From Eledone cirrhosa (taxonomy: Eukaryota): DNA of 64,000 bases. Made by a program: the position numbers and the translations under genes. Positions 30,401 to 45,900 of the stretch are shown here, in pieces (position 1 is the stretch's first letter; every line of letters starts with the position of its first letter). Where the stretch lies: the NCBI GenBank assembly GCA_964016885.1, contig OZ024742.1, positions 288,548,001-288,612,000 on the forward strand. Direction: 5' to 3'. Under the pieces are notes generated by a model. It saw only the letters and a list, made by a program, of their open reading frames with translations, did no database searches and was not told the DNA's origin.

Positions 30401-33400
30401 CAGTCACAGACACACACATACACTATAGTAGGTGGTGTACCAACAGTCACAGACACACACATACACTATAGTAAGTGTTGTACCAACAGTCACAGACACA
30501 CACACTATAGTAGGTGGTGTACCAACAGTCACAGACACACACACACGCTATAGTAGGTGGTGTACCAACAGTCACAGATACACACACACGCTATAGTAGG
30601 TGGTGTACCAACAGTCACAGACACACACACACTATAGTAAGTGGTGTACCAACAGTCACAGATACACACACACACACTATCGTAGGTGGTGTACCAACAG
30701 TCACAGACACACACATACACTATAGTAGGTGGTGTACCAACAGTCACAGATACACACACACACACACTATAGTAGGTGGTGTACCAACAGTCACAGACAC
30801 ACACACACACTATAGTAGGTGGTGTACCAACAGTCACAGACACACACACACACACTATAGTAGGTGGTGTACCAACAGTCACAGACACACACACACTCTA
30901 TAGTAGGTGGTGTACCAACAGTCACAGATACACACACACACACTATAGTAGGTGGTGTACCAACAGTCACAGATACACACACACACACTATAGTAGGTGG
31001 TGTACCAACAGTCACAGATACACACACACACACTATAGTAAGTGGTGTACCAACAGTCACAGATACACACACACACACTATAGTAGGTGGTGTACCAACA
31101 GTCACAGACACACACACACACACTATAGTAGGTGGTGTACCAACAGTCACAGACACACACATACACTATAGTAGGTGGTGTACCAACAGTCACAGATACA
31201 CACACACACACTATAGTAGGTGGTGTACCAACAGTCACAGACACACACATACACTATAGTAGGTGGTGTACCAACAGTCACAGACACACACATACACTAT
31301 AGTAGGTGGTGTACCAACAGTCACAGATACACACACACACACTATAGTAGGTGGTGTACCAACAGTCACAGACACACACATACACTATAGTAGGTGGTGT
31401 ACCAACAGTCACAGACACACACATACACTATAGTAGGTGGTGTACCAACAGTCACAGACACACACATACACTATAGTAAGTGTTGTACCAACAGTCACAG
31501 ACATACACACTATAGTAGGTGGTGTACCAACAGTCACAGACACACACACACGCTATAGTAGGTGGTGTACCAACAGTCACAGATACACACACACGCTATA
31601 GTAGGTGGTGTACCAACAGTCACAGACACACACACACTATAGTAAGTGGTGTACCAACAGTCACAGATACACACACACACACTATAGTAGGTGGTGTACC
31701 AACAGTCACAGACACACACACACACACTATAGTAGGTGGTGTACCAACAGTCACAGACACACACATCCACTATAGTAAGTGGTGTAACAACAGTCACAGA
31801 TACACACACACACACTATAGTAGGTGGTGTACCAACAGTCACAGACACACACATACACTATAGTAGGTGGTGTACCAACAGTCACAGATACACACACACA
31901 CTATAGTAAGTGGTGTACCAACAGTCACAGACACACACATACACTACAGTAGGTGGTGTACCAACAGTCACAGACACACACACACTATAGTAGGTGGTGT
32001 ACCAACAGTCACAGACACACACACACTATAGTAGGTGGTGTACCAACAGTCACACACACATACACTATAGTAGGTGGTGTACCAACAGTCACAGATACAC
32101 ACACACACTATAGTAGGTGGTGTACCAACAGTCACAGACATACACACACACTATAGTAGGTGGTGTACCAACAGTCACAGACACACACACACACACACTA
32201 TAGTAGGTGGTGTACCAACAGTCACAGACACACACACACACTATAGTAGGTGGTGTACCAACAGTCACAGATACACACACACACACTATAGTAGGTGTTG
32301 TACCAACAGTCACAGATACACACAAACACACTATAGTAGGTGGTGTACCAACAGTCACAGATACACACACACACACTATAGTAAGTGGTGTACCAACAGT
32401 CACAGATACACACACACACACTATAGTAGGTGGTGTACCAACAGTCACAGACACACACACTATAGTAGGTGGTGTACCAACAGTCACAGACACACACATA
32501 CACTATAGTAGGTGGTGTACCAACAGTCACAGACACACACATACACTATAGTAAGTGGTGTACCAACAGTCACAGATACACACACACACTATAGTAGGTG
32601 GTGTACCAACAGTCACAGACACACACACACACTATAGTAGGTGGTCTAGCAACAGTCACAGATACACACACACACACTATAGTAAGTGGTGTACCAACAG
32701 TCACAGATACACACACACACACTATAGTAGGTGGTGTACCAACAGTCACAGACACACACACACACACTATAGTAGGTGGTGTACCAACAGTCACAGACAC
32801 ACACATACACTATAGTAGGTGGTGTACCAACAGTCACAGATACACACACACACACTATAGTAGGTGGTGTACCAACAGTCACAGACACACACATACACTA
32901 TAGTAGGTGGTGTACCAACAGTCACAGACACACACATACACTATAGTAGGTGGTGTACCAACAGTCACAGATACACGCACACACACTATAGTAGGTGGTG
33001 TACCAACAGTCACAGACACACACATACACTATAGTAGGTGGTGTACCAACAGTCACAGACACACACATACACTATAGTAGGTGGTGTACCAACAGTCACA
33101 GACACACACATACACTATAGTAAGTGTTGTACCAACAGTCACAGACACACACACTATAGTAGGTGGTGTACCAACAGTCACAGACACACACACACGCTAT
33201 AGTAGGTGGTGTACCAACAGTCACAGATACACACACACGCTATAGTAGGTGGTGTACCAACAGTCACAGACACACACACACTATAGTAAGTGGTGTACCA
33301 ACAGTCACAGATACACACACACACACTATCGTAGGTGGTGTACCAACAGTCACAGACACACACACACACACTATAGTAGGTGGTGTACCAACAGTCACAG

Positions 33401-36400
33401 ACACACACACACACACTATAGTAGGTGGTGTACCAACAGTCACAGACACACATACACTATAGTAGGTGGTGTACCAACAGTCACAGACACACACACACAC
33501 ACTATAGTAGGTGGTGTACCAACAGTCACAGACACACACACACTATAGTAGGTGGTGTACCAACAGTCACAGACACACACACACACACTATAGTAGGTGG
33601 TGTACCAACAGTCACAGACACACACATACACTATAGTAGGTGGTGTACCAACAGTCACAGACACACACATACACTATAGTAGGTGGTGTACCAACAGTCA
33701 CAGATACACACACACACACACTATAGTAGGTGGTGTACCAACAGTCACAGACACACACACACACTATAGTAGGTGGTGTACCAACAGTCACAGACACACA
33801 CACACACACTATAGTAGGTGGTGTACCAACAGTCACAGACACACACACACTCTATAGTAGGTGGTGTACCAACAGTCACAGATACACACACACACACTAT
33901 AGTAGGTGGTGTACCAACAGTCACAGATACACACACACACACTATAGTAGGTGGTGTACCAACAGTCACAGATACACACACACACACTATAGTAAGTGGT
34001 GTACCAACAGTCACAGATACACACACACACACTATAGTAGGTGGTGTACCAACAGTCACAGACACACACACACACACTATAGTAGGTGGTGTACCAACAG
34101 TCACAGACACACACATACACTATAGTAGGTGGTGTACCAACAGTCACAGATACACACACACACACTATAGTAGGTGGTGTACCAACAGTCACAGACACAC
34201 ACATACACTATAGTAGGTGGTGTACCAACAGTCACAGACACACACATACACTATAGTAGGTGGTGTACCAACAGTCACAGATACACACACACACACTATA
34301 GTAGGTGGTGTACCAACAGTCACAGACACACACATACACTATAGTAGGTGGTGTACCAACAGTCACAGACACACACATACACTATAGTAGGTGGTGTACC
34401 AACAGTCACAGACACACACATACACTATAGTAAGTGTTGTACCAACAGTCACAGACATACACACTATAGTAGGTGGTGTACCAACAGTCACAGACACACA
34501 CACACACACTATAGTAGGTGGTGTACCAACAGTCACAGACACACACATCCACTATAGTAAGTGGTGTAACAACAGTCACAGATACACACACACACACTAT
34601 AGTAGGTGGTGTACCAACAGTCACAGACACACACATACACTATAGTAGGTGGTGTACCAACAGTCACAGATACACACACACACTATAGTAAGTGGTGTAC
34701 CAACAGTCACAGACACACACATACACTACAGTAGGTGGTGTACCAACAGTCACAGACACACACACACACTATAGTAGGTGGTGTACCAACAGTCACAGAC
34801 ACACACACACTATAGTAGGTGGTGTACCAACAGTCACACACACATACACTATAGTAGGTGGTGTACCAACAGTCACAGATACACACACACACACTATAGT
34901 AGGTGGTGTACCAACAGTCACAGACATACACACACACTATAGTAGGTGGTGTACCAACAGTCACAGACACACACACACACACACTATAGTAGGTGGTGTA
35001 CCAACAGTCACAGACACACACACACACTATAGTAGGTGGTGTACCAACAGTCACAGATACACACACACACACTATAGTAGGTGTTGTACCAACAGTCACA
35101 GATACACACAAACACACTATAGTAGGTGGTGTACCAACAGTCACAGATACACACACACACACTATAGTAAGTGGTGTACCAACAGTCACAGATACACACA
35201 CACACACTATAGTAGGTGGTGTACCAACAGTCACAGACACACACACTATAGTAGGTGGTGTACCAACAGTCACAGACACACACATACACTATAGTAGGTG
35301 GTGTACCAACAGTCACAGACACACACATACACTATAGTAAGTGGTGTACCAACAGTCACAGATACACACACACACTATAGTAGGTGGTGTACCAACAGTC
35401 ACAGACACACACACACACTATAGTAGGTGGTGTACCAACAGTCACAGATACACACACACACTATAGTAGGTGGTGTACCAACAGTCACAGACACACACAC
35501 ACTATAGTAAGTGGTGTACCAACAGTCACAGATACACACACACACACTATAGTAGGTGGTGTACCAACAGTCACAGATACACACACACACACTATAGTAG
35601 GTGTTGTACCAACAGTCACAGATACACACAAACACACTATAGTAGGTGGTGTACCAACAGTCACAGATACACACACACACACTATAGTAAGTGGTGTACC
35701 AACAGTCACAGATACACACACACACACTATAGTAGGTGGTGTACCAACAGTCACAGACACACACACTATAGTAGGTGGTGTACCAACAGTCACAGACACA
35801 CACATACACTATAGTAGGTGGTGTACCAACAGTCACAGACACACACACACACTATAGTAGGTGGTGTACCAACAGTCACAGACACACACACACACACTAT
35901 AGTAGGTGGTGTACCAACAGTCACAGACACACACATACACTATAGTAGGTGGTGTACCAACAGTCACAGATACACACTCACACACTATAATAGGTGGTGT
36001 ACCAACAGTCACAGACACACACATACACTATAGTAGGTGGTGTACCAACAGTCACAGACACACACATACACTATAGTAGGTGGTGTACCAACAGTCACAG
36101 ATACACACACACACACTATAGTAGGTGGTGTACCAACAGTCACAGACACACACATACACTATAGTAGGTGGTGTACCAACAGTCACAGACACACACATAC
36201 ACTATAGTAGGTGGTGTACCAACAGTCACAGACACACACATACACTATAGTAAGTTGTACCAACAGTCACAGACACACACACTATAGTAGGTGGTGTACC
36301 AACAGTCACAGACACACACACACGCTATAGTAGGTGGTGTACCAACAGTCACAGATACACACACACGCTATAGTAGGTGGTGTACCAACAGTCACAGACA

Positions 36401-39400
36401 CACACACACTATAGTAAGTGGTGTACCAACAGTCACAGATACACACACACACACTATAGTAGGTGGTGTACCAACAGTCACAGACACACACACACACACT
36501 ATAGTAGGTGGTGTACCAACAGTCACAGACACACACACACATACTATAGTAGGTGGTGTACCAACAGTCACAGACACACATACACTATAGTAGGTGGTGT
36601 ACCAACAGTCACAGACACACACACACACACTATAGTAGGTGGTGTACCAACAGTCACAGACACACACACACTATAGTAGGTGGTGTACCAACAGTCACAG
36701 ACACACACACACACACTATAGTAGGTGGTGTACCAACAGTCACAGACACACACATACACTATAGTAGGTGGTGTACCAACAGTCACAGACACACACATAC
36801 ACTATAGTAGGTGGTGTACCAACAGTCACAGATACACACACTATAGTAGGTGGTGTACCAACAGTCACAGACACACACACACACTATAGTAGGTGGTGTA
36901 CCAACAGTCACAGACACACACACACACACTATAGTAGGTGGTGTACCAACAGTCACAGACACACACACACTCTATAGTAGGTGGTGTACCAACAGTCACA
37001 GATACACACACACACACTATAGTAGGTGGTGTACCAACAGTCACAGATACACACACACACACTATAGTAGGTGGTGTACCAACAGTCACAGATACACACA
37101 CACACACTATAGTAAGGTGGTGTACCAACAGTCACAGATACACACACACACACTATAGTAGGTGGTGTACCAACAGTCACAGACACACACACACACACTA
37201 TAGTAGGTGGTGTACCAACAGTCACAGACACACACATACACTATAGTAGGTGGTGTACCAACAGTCACAGATACACACACACACACTATAGTAGGTGGTG
37301 TACCAACAGTCACAGACACACACATACACTATAGTAGGTGGTGTACCAACAGTCACAGACACACACATACACTATAGTAGGTGGTGTACCAACAGTCACA
37401 GATACACACCCACACACTATAGTAGGTGGTGTACCAACAGTCACAGACACACACATACACTATAGTAGGTGGTGTACCAACAGTCACAGACACACACATA
37501 CACTATAGTAGGTGGTGTACCAACAGTCACAGACACACACATACACTATAGTAAGTGTTGTACCAACAGTCACAGACACACACACTATAGTAGGTGGTGT
37601 ACCAACAGTCACAGACACACACACACGCTATAGTAGGTGGTGTACCAACAGTCACAGATACACACACACGCTATAGTAGGTGGTGTACCAACAGTCACAG
37701 ACACACACACACTATAGTAAGTGGTGTACCAACAGTCACAGATACACACACACACACTATAGTAGGTGGTGTACCAACAGTCACAGACACACGCACACAC
37801 ACTATAGTAGGTGGTGTACCAACAGTCACAGACACACACATCCACTATAGTAAGTGGTGTAACAACAGTCACAGATACACACACACACACTATAGTAGGT
37901 GGTGTACCAACAGTCACAGACACACACATACACTATAGTAAGTGTTGTACCAACAGTCACAGACACACACACTATAGTAGGTGGTGTACCAACAGTCACA
38001 GACACACACACACACACTATAGTAGGTGGTGTACCAACAGTCACAGACACACACATCCACTATAGTAAGTGGTGTAACAACAGTCACAGATACACACACA
38101 CACACTATAGTAAGTGGTGTACCAACAGTCACAGATACACACACACACACTATAGTAGGTGGTGTACTAACAGTCACAGACACACACACTATAGTAGGTG
38201 GTGTACCAACAGTCACAGACACACACATACACTATAGTAGGTGGTGTACCAACAGTCACAGACACACACACACTATAGTAGGTGGTGTACCAACAGTCAC
38301 AGACACACACACACACACTATAGTAGGTGGTGTACCAGCAGTCACAGACACACACACACACACTATAGTAGGTGGTGTACCAACAGTCACAGACACACAT
38401 ACACTATAGTAGGTGGTGTACCAACAGTCACAGACACACACACACACTATAGTAGGTGGTGTACCAACAGTCACAGACACACACACACTATAGTAGGTGG
38501 TGTACCAACAGTCACAGACACACACACACACACTATAGTAGGTGGTGTACCAACAGTCACAGACACACACATACACTATAGTAGGTGGTGTACCAACAGT
38601 CACAGACACACACATACACTATAGTAGGTGGTGTACCAACAGTCACAGATACACACACACACTATAGTAGGTGGTGTACCAACAGTCACAGACACACACA
38701 CACACTATAGTAGGTGGTGTACCAACAGTCACAGATACACACACACACTATAGTAGGTGGTGTACCAACAGTCACAGATACACACACACACACTATAGTA
38801 GGTGGTGTACCAACAGTCACAGATACACACACACACACTATAGTAGGTGGTGTAGCAACAGTCACAGATACACACACACACACTATAGTAAGTGGTGTAC
38901 CAACAGTCACAGATACACACACACACACTATAGTAGGTGGTGTACCAACAGTCACAGACACACACACACACACTATAGTAGGTGGTGTACCAACAGTCAC
39001 AGACACACACACTATAGTAGGTGGTGTACCAACAGTCACAGACACACACATACACTATAGTAGGTGGTGTACCAACAGTCACAGACACACACATACACTA
39101 TAGTAAGTGGTGTACCAACAGTCACAGATACACACACACACTATAGTAGGTGGTGTACCAACAGTCACAGACACACACACACACTATAGTAGGTGGTCTA
39201 GCAACAGTCACAGATACACACACACACACTATAGTAAGTGGTGTACCAACAGTCACAGATACACACACACACACTATAGTAGGTGGTGTACCAACAGTCA
39301 CAGACACACACACACACACTATAGTAGGTGGTGTACCAACAGTCACAGACACACACATACACTATAGTAGGTGGTGTACCAACAGTCACAGATACACACA

Positions 39401-42400
39401 CACACACTATAGTAGGTGGTGTACCAACAGTCACAGACACACACATACACTATAGTAGGTGGTGTACCAACAGTCACAGACACACACATACACTATAGTA
39501 GGTGGTGTACCAACAGTCACAGATACACGCACACACACTATAGTAGGTGGTGTACCAACAGTCACAGACACACACATACACTATAGTAGGTGGTGTACCA
39601 ACAGTCACAGACACACACATACACTATAGTAGGTGGTGTACCAACAGTCACAGACACACACATACACTATAGTAAGTGTTGTACCAACAGTCACAGACAC
39701 ACACACTATAGTAGGTGGTGTACCAACAGTCACAGACACACACACACGCTATAGTAGGTGGTGTACCAACAGTCACAGATACACACACACGCTATAGTAG
39801 GTGGTGTACCAACAGTCACAGACACACACACACTATAGTAAGTGGTGTACCAACAGTCACAGATACACACACACACTATAGTAGGTGGTGTACCAACAGT
39901 CACAGACACACACACACACACTATAGTAGGTGGTGTACCAACAGTCACAGACACACACACACACACTATAGTAGGTGGTGTACCAACAGTCACAGACACA
40001 CATACACTATAGTAGGTGGTGTACCAACAGTCACAGACACACACACACACACTATAGTAGGTGGTGTACCAACAGTCACAGACACACACACACTATAGTA
40101 GGTGGTGTACCAACAGTCACAGACACACACACACACTATAGTAGGTGGTGTACCAACAGTCACAGACACACACATACACTATAGTAGGTGGTGTACCAAC
40201 AGTCACAGACACACACATACACTATAGTAGGTGGTGTACCAACAGTCACAGATACACACACACACACACTATAGTAGGTGGTGTACCAACAGTCACAGAC
40301 ACACACACACACTATAGTAGGTGGTGTACCAACAAACAGTCACAGACACACACACACACACTATAGTAGGTGGTGTACCAACAGTCACAGACACACACAC
40401 ACTCTATAGTAGGTGGTGTACCAACAGTCACAGATACACACACACACACTATAGTAGGTGGTGTACCAACAGTCACAGATACACACACACACACTATAGT
40501 AGGTGGTGTACCAACAGTCACAGATACACACACACACACTATAGTAAGTGGTGTACCAACAGTCACAGATACACACACACACACTATAGTAGGTGGTGTA
40601 CCAACAGTCACAGACACACACACACACACTATAGTAGGTGGTGTACCAACAGTCACAGACACACACATACACTATAGTAGGTGGTGTACCAACAGTCACA
40701 GATACACACACACACACTATAGTAGGTGGTGTACCAACAGTCACAGACACACACATACACTATAGTAGGTGGTGTACCAACAGTCACAGACACACACATA
40801 CACTATAGTAGGTGGTGTACCAACAGTCACAGATACACACACACACACTATAGTAGGTGGTGTACCAACAGTCACAGACACACACATACACTATAGTAGG
40901 TGGTGTACCAACAGTCACAGACACACACATACACTATAGTAGGTGGTGTACCAACAGTCACAGACACACACATACACTATAGTAAGTGTTGTACCAACAG
41001 TCACAGACATACACACTATAGTAGGTGGTGTACCAACAGTCACAGACACACACACACACACTATAGTAGGTGGTGTACCAACAGTCACAGACACACACAT
41101 CCACTATAGTAAGTGGTGTAACAACAGTCACAGATACACACACACACACTATAGTAGGTGGTGTACCAACAGTCACAGACACACACATACACTATAGTAG
41201 GTGGTGTACCAACAGTCACAGATACACACACACACTATAGTAAGTGGTGTACCAACAGTCACAGACACACACATACACTACAGTAGGTGGTGTACCAACA
41301 GTCACAGACACACACACACACTATAGTAGGTGGTGTACCAACAGTCACAGACACACACACACTATAGTAGGTGGTGTACCAACAGTCACACACACATACA
41401 CTATAGTAGGTGGTGTACCAACAGTCACAGATACACACACACACACTATAGTAGGTGGTGTACCAACAGTCACAGACATACACACACACTATAGTAGGTG
41501 GTGTACCAACAGTCACAGACACACACACACACACACTATAGTAGGTGGTGTACCAACAGTCACAGACACACACACACACTATAGTAGGTGGTGTACCAAC
41601 AGTCACAGATACACACACACACACTATAGTAGGTGTTGTACCAACAGTCACAGATACACACAAACACACTATAGTAGGTGGTGTACCAACAGTCACAGAT
41701 ACACACACACACACTATAGTAAGTGGTGTACCAACAGTCACAGATACACACACACACACTATAGTAGGTGGTGTACCAACAGTCACAGACACACACACTA
41801 TAGTAGGTGGTGTACCAACAGTCACAGACACACACATACACTATAGTAGGTGGTGTACCAACAGTCACAGACACACACATACACTATAGTAAGTGGTGTA
41901 CCAACAGTCACAGATACACACACACACTATAGTAGGTGGTGTACCAACAGTCACAGACACACACACACACTATAGTAGGTGGTGTACCAACAGTCACAGA
42001 TACACACACACACTATAGTAGGTGGTGTACCAACAGTCACAGACACACACACACTATAGTAAGTGGTGTACCAACAGTCACAGATACACACACACACACT
42101 ATAGTAGGTGGTGTACCAACAGTCACAGATACACACACACACACTATAGTAGGTGTTGTACCAACAGTCACAGATACACACAAACACACTATAGTAGGTG
42201 GTGTACCAACAGTCACAGATACACACACACACACACTATAGTAAGTGGTGTACCAACAGTCACAGATACACACACACACACTATAGTAGGTGGTGTACCA
42301 ACAGTCACAGACACACACACTATAGTAGGTGGTGTACCAACAGTCACAGACACACACATACACTATAGTAGGTGGTGTACCAACAGTCACAGACACACAC

Positions 42401-42700
42401 ACACTATAGTAGGTGGTGTACCAACAGTCACAGACACACACACACACACTATAGTAGGTGGTGTACCAACAGTCACAGACACACACATACACTATAGTAG
42501 GTGGTGTACCAACAGTCACAGATACACACACACACACTATAATAGGTGGTGTACCAACAGTCACAGACACACACATACACTATAGTAGGTGGTGTACCAA
42601 CAGTCACAGACACACACATACACTATAGTAGGTGGTGTACCAACAGTCACAGATACACACACACACACTATAGTAGGTGGTGTACCAACAGTCACAGACA
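24500..42700 (+). repeat. Mosaic higher-order repeat zone with periods ~3441-3443, 2649 and 6552 bp, plus 485- and 520-bp local duplications
   Basis: The GGTCTAGC marker C is at 26556, 29997, 32646 and 39198 (gaps 3441, 2649, 6552). The CTATCG marker is at 27240, 30681 and 33330. ORF pairs 34348/40900 and 34692/41244 are offset 6552, and 27509/27994 is offset 485. The GTGTTG..AAAC unit is at 35081/35601 and 41633/42153 (520). Confidence 0.88.
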
Positions 42701-42900
42701 NNNNNNNNNNNNNNNNNNNNNNNNNNNNNNNNNNNNNNNNNNNNNNNNNNNNNNNNNNNNNNNNNNNNNNNNNNNNNNNNNNNNNNNNNNNNNNNNNNNN
42801 NNNNNNNNNNNNNNNNNNNNNNNNNNNNNNNNNNNNNNNNNNNNNNNNNNNNNNNNNNNNNNNNNNNNNNNNNNNNNNNNNNNNNNNNNNNNNNNNNNNN
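42701..42900. other. Assembly gap, exactly 200 N (probably a placeholder of unknown true size)
   Basis: A run of 200 n flanked on both sides by the same satellite in the same orientation. Confidence 0.99.
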
Positions 42901-45900
42901 AGGTGGTGTACCAACAGTCACAGACACACACACACTATAGTAGGTGGTGTACCAACAGTCACAGACACACACACACTATAGTAGGTGGTGTACCAACAGT
43001 CACAGATACACACACACACACTATAGTAGGTGGTGTACCAACAGTCACAGACACACACACACACTATAGTAGGTGGTGTACCAACAGTCACAGACACACA
43101 CACACACACTATAGTAGGTGGTGTACCAACAGTCACAGACACACACACACACTATAGTAAGGTGGTGTACCAACAGTCACAGATACACACACACACACTA
43201 TAGTAGGTGGTGTACCAACAGTCACAGACACACAACACACTATAGTAGGTGGTGTACCAACAGTCACAGACACACACACACACTATAGTAGGTGGTGTAC
43301 CAACAGTCACAGACACACACACACACTATAGTAGGTGGTGTACCAACAGTCACAGACACACACACTATAGTAGGTGGTGTACCAACAGTCACAGACACAC
43401 ACATACACTATAGTAGGTGGTGTACCAACAGTCACAGACACACACACGACACTATAGTAGGTGGTGTACCAACAGTCACAGATACACACACACACTATAG
43501 TAGGTGGTGTACCAACAGTCACAGACACACACACACACTATAGTAGGTGGTGTACCAACAGTCACAGATACACACACACACACTATAGTAGGTGGTGTAC
43601 CAACAGTCACAGACACACACACACTATAGTAGGTGGTGTACCAACAGTCACAGATACACACACACACACTATAGTAGGTGGTGTACCAACAGTCACAGAT
43701 ACACACACACACACTATAGTAGGTGGTGTACCAACAGTCACAGATACACACACACACACTATAGTAGGTGGTGTACCAACAGTCACAGATACACACACAC
43801 ACACTATAGTAAGTGGTGTACCAACAGTCACAGATACACACACACACACTATAGTAGGTGGTGTACCAACAGTCACAGACACACACACTATAGTAGGTGG
43901 TGTACCAACAGTCACAGACACACACATACACTATAGTAGGTGGTGTACCAACAGTCACAGACACACACACACTATAGTAGGTGGTGTACCAACAGTCACA
44001 GACACACACACACACACTATAGTAGGTGGTGTACCAACAGTCACAGACACACACATACACTATAGTAGGTGGTGTACCAACAGTCACAGATACACACACA
44101 CACTATAGTAGGTGGTGTACCAACAGTCACAGACACACACATACACTATAGTAGGTGGTGTACCAACAGTCACAGACACACACATACACTATAGTAGGTG
44201 GTGTACCAACAGTCACAGATACACACACACACACTATAGTAGGTGGTGTACCAACAGTCACAGACACACACATACACTATAGTAGGTGGTGTACCAACAG
44301 TCACAGACACACACATACACTATAGTAGGTGGTGTACCAACAGTCACAGACACACACATACACTATAGTAGGTGGTGTACCAACAGTCACAGACACACAC
44401 ACACTATAGTAGGTGGTGTACCAACAGTCACAGACACACACACACACTATAGTAGGTGGTGTACCAACAGTCACAGATACACACACACAGCTATAGTAGG
44501 TGGTGTACCAACAGTCACAGACACACACACACTATAGTAAGGTGGTGTACCAACAGTCACAGATACACACACACACACTATAGTAGGTGGTGTACCAACA
44601 GTCACAGACACACACACACACACTATAGTAGGTGGTGTACCAACAGTCACAGACACACACACACACTATAGTAGGTGGTGTACCAACAGTCACAGACACA
44701 CATACACTATAGTAGGTGGTGTACCAACAGTCACAGACACACACACACACTATAGTAGGTGGTGTACCAACAGTCACAGACACACACACACTATAGTAGG
44801 TGGTGTACCAACAGTCACAGACACACACACACACACTATAGTAGGTGGTGTACCAACAGTCACAGACACACACACACACTATAGTAGGTGGTGTACCAAC
44901 AGTCACAGACACACACATACACTATAGTAGGTGGTGTACCAACAGTCACAGATACACACACACACTATAGTAGGTGGTGTACCAACAGTCACAGACACAC
45001 ACACACACTATAGTAGGTGGTGTACCAACAGTCACAGACACACACACACACACTATAGTAGGTGGTGTACCAACAGTCACAGACACACACACACTCTATA
45101 GTAGGTGGTGTACCAACAGTCACAGACACACACACACACTATAGTAGGTGGTGTACCAACAGTCACAGACACACACACACACTATAGTAGGTGGTGTACC
45201 AACAGTCACAGATACACACACACACACTATAGTAGGTGGTGTACCAACAGTCACAGACACACACACACACTATAGTAGGTGGTGTACCAACAGTCACAGA
45301 CACACACACACACACTATAGTAGGTGGTGTACCAACAGTCACAGACACACACACACACTATAGTAGGTGGTGTACCAACAGTCACAGATACACACACACA
45401 CACTATAGTAGGTGGTGTACCAACAGTCACAGACACACACACACACTATAGTAGGTGGTTGTACCAACAGTCACAGACACACACACACACTATAGTAGGT
45501 GGTGTACCAACAGTCACAGATACACACACACACACTATAGTAGGTGGTGTACCAACAGTCACAGACACACACATACACTATAGTAGGTGGTGTACCAACA
45601 GTCACAGATACACACACACACACTATAGTAGGTGGTGTACCAACAGTCACAGACACACACATACACTATAGTAGGTGGTGTACCAACAGTCACAGACACA
45701 CACACACTATAGTAGGTGGTGTACCAACAGTCACAGACACACACACACACTATAGTAGGTGGTGTACCAACAGTCACAGATACACACACACACTATAGTA
45801 GGTGGTGTACCAACAGTCACAGACACACACATACACTATAGTAGGTGGTGTACCAACAGTCACAGATACACACACACACACTATAGTAGGTGGTGTACCA

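Larger units (their letters stand above)
1..42700 (+). repeat. Tandem satellite array, ~39-47 bp compound monomer TATAGTAGGTGGTGTACCAACAGTCACAGA+(C/T)(AC)n; pre-gap segment
   Basis: The same 30-bp core recurs continuously, separated by CA tracts of mostly 9-17 nt (e.g. unit 29941-29983 = 43 bp). A 43-bp pure-CA unit is A16 C12 G8 T7 with no CpG. I saw no inverted units and no unique inserts. The array runs off the left edge of the window. Confidence 0.99.

Noticed and set aside
42546-43157. ORFs spanning the N run, and the similarity of the 13008 and 13211 offsets as a ~13-kb super-period
   Set aside because: The ORFs are artefacts of translating Ns. The second offset crosses a gap of unknown size, and no islands recur at 13-kb spacing after 21 kb.
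43448-43457. ACACTATAG in every unit (GACACTATAG here) matches the 3' end of the SP6 promoter, suggesting a synthetic concatemer
   Set aside because: The full ATTTAGGTGACACTATAG is never present, and the nested, inherited variant patterns indicate natural array evolution.
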